DNA from: an uncultured Acidimicrobiia bacterium
GTDB lineage: Bacteria; Actinomycetota; Acidimicrobiia; IMCC26256; JAENVU01
Assembly (NCBI GenBank): GCA_963765075.1
Contig: CAVXVA010000001.1
Coordinates: forward strand, 549,448-613,447
Reading direction: 5' to 3'
Length of the DNA: 64,000 nt
Part shown: piece by piece, positions 57,646 to 64,000 of the stretch
How positions within the stretch are numbered: the stretch's first letter is position 1
Layout of the letters: every line of letters begins with the position of its first letter
Notes under the pieces: model-generated
Database searches by the model: none
Told to the model about the DNA's origin: nothing
Seen by the model: only the letters and a program-made list of their open reading frames with translations
Translations under genes and position numbers: made by a program

Positions 57646-58548
57646 ATGGCGAAGGGCGTGCGCGACGAAGTCGAAGCCCTGATCGCTCGCTATCGAGTCA
57701 CGGACCCGAAGCAGTTCCGGCTCGCCGATCACGAGCCCGGGTCGACCGACGGCATCAAGAACAAGGCGGCGGCCCGGACGAGGCTCGCCGCGGGCGTGGA
57801 ATTGCTGACCGATCTTCAGAGCCGGCTGGCTGCGCAACAGACCACCGGGGTCCTCGTGGTCCTGCAGGCAATGGACGCCGCGGGCAAAGACGGTGTGGTC
57901 CGCCACGTGATGAGCGGGCTCAATCCCCAGGGCGTGCGCGTGACCTCGTTCAAGGCGCCGTCGACCCTGGAACTCGCGCATCACTTCCTGTGGCGCACCA
58001 CCCTCGCACTCCCCGAGCGGGGCGAGATCGGGATCTTCAACCGGTCCCACTACGAGGAGGTCCTCGCGGTGCGCGTCCACCCGGAGTTCCTCGATCGCCA
58101 ACACCTTCCGCCGACCGCGACCATGGGCGGGCTCTGGAAGCGGCGCTTCCGCGAGATCAACGAGTGGGAACGCATGCTCGTCGACAACGGCTTCTCGATC
58201 GTGAAGATCTTCCTGCACCTCTCGAAGGGTGAACAGCGCAATCGATTGCTGTCGCGCATCGATGAGCCGGCGAAGAACTGGAAGTTCTCAACGTTCGATG
58301 TTCAGGAACGATCCCATTGGGATGCGTACCAGCACGCCTACGAAGACATGATCCGGCATACGAGCACGAAGACCGCGCCGTGGTACGTGGTGCCGGCGGA
58401 TCAGAAGTGGTTCAGCCGCCTCGTGGTCGCCGGCGCGCTCAGCGCCACCTTGCTCGACCTGGATCCGCAGTACCCCCACATCACTGAGGCCCAGCGCGAG
58501 GAACTCGCGCTGGCCCGCACCCTCCTCGCAGCTGACACCAGTACCTAG
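57646..58548 (+). CDS. polyphosphate kinase 2 (PPK2) family protein
   Basis: VLQAMDAAGKDG (Walker A-like), FNRSHYE and ..WYVVPADQKW... AGGAG Shine-Dalgarno 6 nt before ATG 57646. Only the last 300 codons of the 836-aa track ORF are coding. Confidence 0.85.
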   Translation: MAKGVRDEVEALIARYRVTDPKQFRLADHEPGSTDGIKNKAAARTRLAAGVELLTDLQSRLAAQQTTGVLVVLQAMDAAGKDGVVRHVMSGLNPQGVRVTSFKAPSTLELAHHFLWRTTLALPERGEIGIFNRSHYEEVLAVRVHPEFLDRQHLPPTATMGGLWKRRFREINEWERMLVDNGFSIVKIFLHLSKGEQRNRLLSRIDEPAKNWKFSTFDVQERSHWDAYQHAYEDMIRHTSTKTAPWYVVPADQKWFSRLVVAGALSATLLDLDPQYPHITEAQREELALARTLLAADTST

Positions 58549-58569
58549 CTCCGGCGCGCTGGTTCGGCG

Positions 58570-58740
58570 TCAGGCGGCGAGGGGTGCCGCGATCAATTCA
58601 GACATCGCGATCCGCTCCGCGAGGTGCTCGATCTGCACTCTCGACGCTTCCCGGGCTCGGAGTACTTCGTTCACGTTCTCGAGTGCACCCGAAGCACCGT
58701 TACGGCGGATCCATGTCGTCACTGCGTGGAAGGAAGGCAT
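58570..58740 (-). CDS. small hypothetical protein (56 aa)
   Basis: MPSFHAVTTWIRRNGASGALENVNEVLRAREASRVQIEHLAERIAMSELIAAPLAA. AAGGAG Shine-Dalgarno 5 nt before the ATG. Third-position GC (about 70% by hand count) is lower than in neighbouring genes. Confidence 0.45.
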   Translation of the reverse strand: MPSFHAVTTWIRRNGASGALENVNEVLRAREASRVQIEHLAERIAMSELIAAPLAA

Positions 58741-58878
58741 CGGATCTCCTTTCGTCCACGTCATCATGCGCAACCGACATTGCCGGGCCATCACCGGAAA
58801 TCGTCGGCGACATCAACAGGAGATGACATTCAACTGACGTCGCCCCGATTCGCCCGAGTCGGTCCGTGGGCGACGAGA

Positions 58879-60204
58879 TCACCCGTGACAGTGCTTGGTC
58901 TTCCGGCCGCTGCCGCACGGACACGGATCGTTCCGGCCGGCCGTCGCGAACACCGTCATCACCTCGCCGGCGTGCCCACCCCGCCGGATCGCGTCCACCA
59001 TGAGCTTCATGACCCCATCGATGTGGGTGAAGAAGGCGAGGTACCCGGCGCACAGGTGGTTGAGCCCAGCCTCTCCCGTCGCCGTGCGCTGAACCCGGTT
59101 CTTCGGACACTCACCCCGGCATGCGAACAGGACCGCGCACTCCCGACACTGGGCGGGAAGCGAATCCCGTTTCGCAGTGCCGAACTCGCGCTGCGCGGGT
59201 GCGGCGAGGAGGTCGACCATGTGGGTGTCCATGATGTTGCCCAGGAGGTGGCCGGGATCGACGAAGTGATCGCACGAGTAGAGGTCGCCGTTGTGTTCGA
59301 GTGCGACCGCGTTGCCACAGGTCTCCCCGAAGATGCACAACGCGGCCGGTGCGCCGTACCAGGAGGCCAACGCCGCGTCGAACATCTGGACGAACACGTC
59401 GCCGACGTCGTGACGCACCCACTCGTCGAACACGGTGACCAGGAACCGACCCCAGGCCTCCGGGTCGACCGAACGAGCCGTGAGTTCCAGACTCGTCTCG
59501 TCGACGCGTTCGACGATGGGGATGAACTGTACGAACGATGCACCGAGTTGGTCGCGGAAGTAGCGATACACGTCGAGCGGCGCGGCTTGATTCGCGGCAT
59601 GCACCGTGCAGAGGACGTTCCACTCGACGCCCGCTCGCTTCAGGCGTTCCAACCCGGCCAGCACTCGATCGGAACTGGGCCGACCCTGTTTGTCGACGCG
59701 GTACTCGTCATGAAGCGCGGGCGGGCCGTCGATGCTGATCCCGACGAGGAATCGCTTCTCCCGCAGGAAATCACACCATTCGTCGGTCAGCAGGGTGCCG
59801 TTGGTCTGGATCGTGTGATGCAGGGTGCGCGCAGGACCCGCGCATTCCTCGGCGAACGCCACCGCCCGGCGGAAGAAGTCGACGCCCATGAGTGTCGGTT
59901 CGCCGCCCTGCCAGGCAATCGTGATCTCGGAGCCCACCTGCGATTCGATGATCTGGCGGATGTAGGTCTCCATCACCGGCTCCGCCATGCGGAACCGGTC
60001 GCCCGGGTACAACGACTCCTTCTCCAGGAAGAAGCAATAGGAACAGTCCAGGTTGCAGATCGGCCCGGTCGGTTTCGCCAAGACGTGAAACTGCGGCGGC
60101 GCGCTCAACGGTCTCGGGTCGGGCGGTCTCGGGTCAGGCGGTCTCGGGTGGGGAAGGCGCGGTGGTCCACCGCGGGGCCCGAGCTCGATCGGCACATCCA
60201 CCAT
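58879..60204 (-). CDS. radical SAM/SPASM anaerobic sulfatase-maturase-like enzyme with a C-terminal SEC-C motif
   Basis: CNLDCSYCFF (CX3CX2C), GGEPTL, CGNAVALEHNGDLYSCDHFV, CRECAVLFACRGECPKNR, and the tail NDPCPCGSGRKTKHCHG. The start is ambiguous between ATG 60204 and TTG 60108 (MSAPPQFHVLAKP..). TTG is favoured, because the intervening tandem repeats would otherwise use three rare AGA codons. Confidence 0.8.
   Translation of the reverse strand: MVDVPIELGPRGGPPRLPHPRPPDPRPPDPRPLSAPPQFHVLAKPTGPICNLDCSYCFFLEKESLYPGDRFRMAEPVMETYIRQIIESQVGSEITIAWQGGEPTLMGVDFFRRAVAFAEECAGPARTLHHTIQTNGTLLTDEWCDFLREKRFLVGISIDGPPALHDEYRVDKQGRPSSDRVLAGLERLKRAGVEWNVLCTVHAANQAAPLDVYRYFRDQLGASFVQFIPIVERVDETSLELTARSVDPEAWGRFLVTVFDEWVRHDVGDVFVQMFDAALASWYGAPAALCIFGETCGNAVALEHNGDLYSCDHFVDPGHLLGNIMDTHMVDLLAAPAQREFGTAKRDSLPAQCRECAVLFACRGECPKNRVQRTATGEAGLNHLCAGYLAFFTHIDGVMKLMVDAIRRGGHAGEVMTVFATAGRNDPCPCGSGRKTKHCHG
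60109..60153. repeat. 15-bp tandem repeat x3
   Basis: CGGTCTCGGGTC-GGG / CGGTCTCGGGTC-AGG / CGGTCTCGGGTG-GGG. On the minus strand the array abuts the TTG candidate start of the radical SAM gene. Confidence 0.9.
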
Positions 60205-60215
60205 TGCGACCGACT

Positions 60216-61130
60216 TTAGGTGGGTCCCGTCCGGCGGAGGTCGGCGGGATACCGGTCGATCCCCTCCGGGATCCGGTCCGCGAACGTGAAGATCATGGTC
60301 TGGGTGCCGTAGGCGACCAGCCCCGTGTCGGGATCCCACAACTCGATCTCCACCGAGGCGTACCCGTCGCCCGCTCGGCGCGCGAAGTTGCGCATCAGGA
60401 TCCACTCCGAACGCGCCACCCCGGTGATGTGCACCGTGAGGTCGGCGCTCGGCCCGTACCAGGGATAGCCGTGGTCGGGACCCATGCGCTCGGCCACCGC
60501 GCCGGGCATCGTGTCGCAGAGACACACCAGCGCGAGCGGATCGATCGAGCCGTCGTCGAGACGGGGCACCTCGTCGAAGCGTTGGAAGGTTTGGCGCTCG
60601 CTGCTCTCGGGGTCGTAGTGCTCCCACGGCGGATGCCCGACGACCGGCCGACCTTCGATGTGATGCTCCCAGATCGGGAAGGGTCCGTCGTCGAACTCGA
60701 ACTCCACCCCGTCGGGCACGCCATCACGAAACCGCGGCAGGGTCTGCGGGTCGGGGAAGTCAGGGGGCGTCAGATCGGTGAACTCGAACCCGGGCCGCGG
60801 CGCGCCGAAGACCGCGATCGCGGTCAGGCCCGCCGGGCGGCCGGGCGTGGTGGTGGTCGCGAGGGCCTGGGCCACCGACCGGCCTTGGCGCAAGACCGTC
60901 ACGTCGATGTCGGCCCGGCCCGATTCGACGGGCGCGGCGAACACACAGGACACCGATCGCAACGGCATGTCGACGTCGCCGAGCGCGTGACTCATGGCCC
61001 GGACCGTGGCGGCCAACGAGATGCCCCCCTGAGGAACGTTGGGCGCGGCCCAGGTGGGGGCGAGGTCGGCGGTGTACCGCCCCGAGGTCTCGGTCTCGAC
61101 GACCGCGGTGTCTCGCTGGAACGAACTCAT
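60216..61130 (-). CDS. acyl-CoA thioesterase (TesB-like double hot-dog family)
   Basis: 304 aa. MSSFQRDTAVVETETSGRYTADL..PQGGISLAATVRAM.. and a second hot-dog half ..LTVHITGVARSEWILMRNFARRAGDGYASVEIELWD... Only the last 304 codons of the 420-aa track ORF are coding. Confidence 0.65.
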   Translation of the reverse strand: MSSFQRDTAVVETETSGRYTADLAPTWAAPNVPQGGISLAATVRAMSHALGDVDMPLRSVSCVFAAPVESGRADIDVTVLRQGRSVAQALATTTTPGRPAGLTAIAVFGAPRPGFEFTDLTPPDFPDPQTLPRFRDGVPDGVEFEFDDGPFPIWEHHIEGRPVVGHPPWEHYDPESSERQTFQRFDEVPRLDDGSIDPLALVCLCDTMPGAVAERMGPDHGYPWYGPSADLTVHITGVARSEWILMRNFARRAGDGYASVEIELWDPDTGLVAYGTQTMIFTFADRIPEGIDRYPADLRRTGPT

Positions 61131-61302
61131 CCCGTGAGCCTGACCGCACCGACGCGGGCGATGCCAGTGGTTTTCACCCTCGCGGCCCGAGACCGGTCCG
61201 CTCAGGCGTCGATGAGGTACGCCTCCACTGCGAGAAGCGTCCGAAGGCCAAGTAAAAAGCGTGGGGAACCGAAATCCCTGGACGTCACGACGAGGTGGAC
61301 CG

Positions 61303-62694
61303 ATGATCGAGACCGTGCAGCAGCTCGCGCAGGATTTCTGGGCCGCGCTCGGCGGCGACTCGCGCCGTGCGAGTTCGGTGCAGGTCGATGGCCGGGGATC
61401 ACTCCCCTCGACCTTCCCCGTGACCGAGCTGGCAACTGCGTCGATCGGCGCGACCGCCCTCGCGGCCGCCGAGTTCATCGACGCCGATCACCCACCGGCC
61501 GTCACCGTTGATCGGGCGGCCGCCTCCCACTGGTTCGCGACGTCGATCGCACCCGTCGGCTGGGCCATTCCCGGACCGTGGGACGACCTCGCCGGCGACT
61601 ACTCCACGGCCGACGGTTGGATTCGCCTGCATACCAACGCGCCCCACCATCGCGCCGCGGCGCTGTCGGCCCTGGACTGCGCGGCCGACCGGGACGCGGT
61701 CGCGCGCACCGTACGCGCGTGGACCGCGACCGCACTCGAGACCGCGGTCGTCGACGCGGGAGGCGCGGCCGCCGCGATGCGCACACTCGAGGAGTGGCGC
61801 GCTCATCCGCAGGGTCGAGCCGTCGCCGCCGAACCCATCGTCGCGTGGACCACCGGGAGCGCCACACCGGTCGTCCCGGCCGTGCCAGCCGCCGGCCCGC
61901 CACCGGCCGACCGGCCACTCGCCGGCGTGCGGGTGCTCGACCTCACCCGCGTCCTCGCCGGTCCGGTCGCTACGCGATTCCTCGCCGGGTTGGGGGCCGA
62001 CGTCCTTCGGATCGATCCCCCCGTGTGGGACGAACCCGGTGTCGTTCCCGACGTCACCCTCGGCAAGCGCTGCGCACGTCTCGACCTGACCCAACCCGCC
62101 GACGCCGAGCAGTTCCGCAGGCTCCTCGCCGCCGCCGACGTGCTGGTCCACGGCTACCGCCCCGACGCGTTGGCCGGCCTCGGCTTCGAGACTGCTCGCC
62201 TCCACGCGATCCGACCCGGTCTGATCGACATTGCCCTCGACGCGTACGGCTGGTCGGGCCCGTGGGCCGGTCGGCGGGGGTTCGACAGTCTGGTCCAGAT
62301 GAGTGCCGGGATCGCCGACGCGGGCCAACGCGGGGCCAACGTCGATCGGCCGACCCCACTGCCCGTGCAGGCACTCGACCATGCCACGGGGTACCTCATG
62401 GCGGCCGCGGCACTGCGCGGGCTCACGGTTCGCCGGAGCACGGGCGTCGGTGCGACCGCACGCGTGTCCCTCGCCCGCACCGCGCTTGCACTCGTCGACG
62501 CACGCATCACTCCCGCGCCCCGCGACGCGCCACTCGGCGCGCCACTCGACGCGCCGGTCTATGCGCCCGAGATCGAGGCCACGCCGTGGGGGCCGGCACA
62601 CCGCTTGGTCTCGCCGTGCACGATCGCCGGTGTACGGATCGGGTGGGATCGACCCGCCACCAACCTCGGGTCCGACCCCGCCCGGTGGGACTGA
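61303..62694 (+). CDS. CoA-transferase family III (CaiB/BaiF) protein with an N-terminal extension
   Basis: PLAGVRVLDLTRVLAGPVATRFLAGLGADVLRIDPP and ..GFDSLVQMSAG.. motifs. GAGGTGG Shine-Dalgarno before ATG 61303. Confidence 0.8.
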   Translation: MIETVQQLAQDFWAALGGDSRRASSVQVDGRGSLPSTFPVTELATASIGATALAAAEFIDADHPPAVTVDRAAASHWFATSIAPVGWAIPGPWDDLAGDYSTADGWIRLHTNAPHHRAAALSALDCAADRDAVARTVRAWTATALETAVVDAGGAAAAMRTLEEWRAHPQGRAVAAEPIVAWTTGSATPVVPAVPAAGPPPADRPLAGVRVLDLTRVLAGPVATRFLAGLGADVLRIDPPVWDEPGVVPDVTLGKRCARLDLTQPADAEQFRRLLAAADVLVHGYRPDALAGLGFETARLHAIRPGLIDIALDAYGWSGPWAGRRGFDSLVQMSAGIADAGQRGANVDRPTPLPVQALDHATGYLMAAAALRGLTVRRSTGVGATARVSLARTALALVDARITPAPRDAPLGAPLDAPVYAPEIEATPWGPAHRLVSPCTIAGVRIGWDRPATNLGSDPARWD

Positions 62695-62737
62695 TCTCTG
62701 GTCTCCACCCCCCGCCCCACTCGACGCGAGGCGACCC

Positions 62738-62866
62738 ACCGCCAGCGTTTGGCATCTCATGGCGCGGAGCGAACCACCAGCCGCCAAACGCTTCGAGGTC
62801 GACCGACCCAGCCGCAGCGATTGGCGGTTCATGGCGCGGAGCGAACCACCAGCCGCCAAACGCTTG
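62738..62866. repeat. two tandem copies (72-nt period) of a ~50-nt hairpin element; the inner 37 nt are identical
   Basis: TCATGGCGCGGAGCGAACCACCAGCCGCCAAACGCTT occurs at 62757..62793 and 62829..62865. Each copy is flanked 5' by the complementary arm (AGCGTTTGGC at 62744, GCGATTGGCGG at 62817), giving 10-12-bp stems around loops of about 25-30 nt. A third diverged copy is at 29004..29051. Confidence 0.85.
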
Positions 62867-62922
62867 AGAGTGGGATGGGCCGGTACGCTCCGCGCCGCCG
62901 CACATCGAGCCGAGGAGCAGCC

Positions 62923-63384
62923 ATGAGTGACGTCATCTACCCGCACGCCGAGGTCGAAGCCGCGTTCGCCGAGTTCATCGCGGTCGGCGATTCGGGCGAC
63001 TGGAGCAAATGGGCGGACCTCCACTCGGAGGACTGCGTCTGGGTCGAGCACCACTTCGGCACCATCGTGGGCCGCGAAGCAATCCGGGCAAAGATCACCG
63101 AGCTCATGGCGCCGGTGCCCATGATGCAGTTCCCGGTCGAGTGGCACGTGATCGACGGCAACCGGGTGGTGTTCCTCCCGTGGCAGGTCTTCCCCGACCC
63201 GGCCGGTGGCGACGCGGTCTACCGCTTCGCGTGCGTGACGATCCTCGAGTATGCCGGCAACGGTCTCTGGTCACGCCAGGAAGACATCTACAACCCGACC
63301 GAGGGCGAAGCCGTAGTCATGGCATGGATCGGTGCCGGCGGCCAGATTGCGGGCGACCCGAGCGCGATCGGCCTCGACGGCTAA
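62923..63384 (+). CDS. SnoaL-like / NTF2-fold protein
   Basis: 153 aa. MSDVIYPHAEVEAAFAEFIAVGDSGDWSKWADLHSEDCVWVEHHFG... GAGGAG Shine-Dalgarno 6 nt before ATG 62923. Confidence 0.65.
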   Translation: MSDVIYPHAEVEAAFAEFIAVGDSGDWSKWADLHSEDCVWVEHHFGTIVGREAIRAKITELMAPVPMMQFPVEWHVIDGNRVVFLPWQVFPDPAGGDAVYRFACVTILEYAGNGLWSRQEDIYNPTEGEAVVMAWIGAGGQIAGDPSAIGLDG

Positions 63385-63406
63385 CTCGCGATTCGGCCGC
63401 GCCCGG

Positions 63407-64000
63407 TTACACGTGGGAATCGAGCCAATCGATGAGATCCTCGGTGACCTCGGCGCGGTTGGTCTCGTTGAACACCTCGTGGCGGGCGTCGAGGTAGCAG
63501 AGGTAGGTCACGTCGTCGACGCCGACTTCGCGGTAGGCCGCCATGAGCTGATGTCCGCGGGTCTCGCCACCCACCGGGTCGACGGAACCGTTGATGATCA
63601 GGATCGGCAGCGTCGCCGGAACTGCCTCGGTGGGCGGTCCGGCCAGCGTCGCCATCTCGTCGTACGGAAAGTCGGCCGGGAATCCACACCAGGGGTCGGC
63701 GACGTACTTCGCGACTTCGGCCGCGTCGCGGCTCAACCAATCACTCGGCGTCGCCGCGGGTTCGAAGTCGGCGTTGAACGCGGCCATATCGGCGAACGGC
63801 GGCACCAAGATGGTCGTGCCGGTGAGCACCAGCGCGTCGAGTTCGTCGCCCCAGCGCTGGACGAACTTCTGCGCGAGGAACGAACCCCAGCTGTGGCCGA
63901 GGAGCACCAACGGCAGCTCGGGATACTCCGCGGCAATGTGTTCGGTGACTGCATGCACCGCGTCGAGGGTGCCTTCCATCCCCCGAGGACCGAGTGGCCC
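63407..64000 (-). CDS. alpha/beta hydrolase (lysophospholipase/monoacylglycerol-lipase-like), 5' end outside the window
   Basis: Nucleophile elbow LLGHSWGS, C-terminal ..INGSVDPV.. and ..DARHEVFNE... The frame stays open to the window edge. Confidence 0.75.
   Translation of the reverse strand, partial: GPLGPRGMEGTLDAVHAVTEHIAAEYPELPLVLLGHSWGSFLAQKFVQRWGDELDALVLTGTTILVPPFADMAAFNADFEPAATPSDWLSRDAAEVAKYVADPWCGFPADFPYDEMATLAGPPTEAVPATLPILIINGSVDPVGGETRGHQLMAAYREVGVDDVTYLCYLDARHEVFNETNRAEVTEDLIDWLDSHV

Noticed and set aside
58570-58740. The 56-aa ORF downstream of the radical SAM/SPASM enzyme as a RiPP precursor.
   Set aside because: It has no Cys/Ser/Thr-rich core and no recognisable leader motif. 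It lies downstream, separated by 138 nt, and the maturase is of the sulfatase-maturase type. It is kept only as a hypothetical small protein.

Overview
This is a high-GC actinobacterial chromosome segment. Gene order recalls the conserved actinobacterial core block gpsA - fbiD/cofC - hupB - leuCD - gltX - leuB - serA, and the lineage cannot be named from sequence alone. I support about 60 protein genes, 2 tRNAs (Gln-CTG, Glu-CTC), 2 leader-peptide attenuators, several intrinsic terminators and 4 small repeat families. I found no transposase, integrase, prophage, CRISPR array or recognisable defence system.

Content by theme:
- Branched-chain amino-acid genes: cimA, ilvE, leuB, leuC, leuD, leuA.
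- Housekeeping: rnhB, gltX, greA, serA, a class I aminotransferase, gpsA/plsC, mscL, amt.
- A two-component system.
- A cell-envelope/glycan region at 44-56 kb. It holds two glucosaminidase-domain paralogues, a GT-C ArnT-like transferase divergent from a phosphatase-fold/polytopic membrane protein, and a hyaluronan-synthase-like GT2 overlapping a GH26-like hydrolase.

Most unusual items:
- A cation/proton antiporter fused to a GlnD-like (HD-like + 2 ACT) module, coupled to a receiver-less OmpR-type regulator.
- An HU-less Lys/Ala-repeat histone-like gene, followed by a 630-bp ORF-free region with repeated CG-palindromic 12-mers.
- A dispersed ~50-nt hairpin repeat.
- An orphan radical-SAM/SPASM maturase with a SEC-C tail.

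Major caveat: about 26 indel-type frame breaks affect 13 genes and are heavily clustered at 32-38 kb. They look like consensus errors rather than biology. Many long ORFs in the supplied track are high-GC read-through or antisense artefacts.

All family calls rest on motif recognition by eye. No database search was run.
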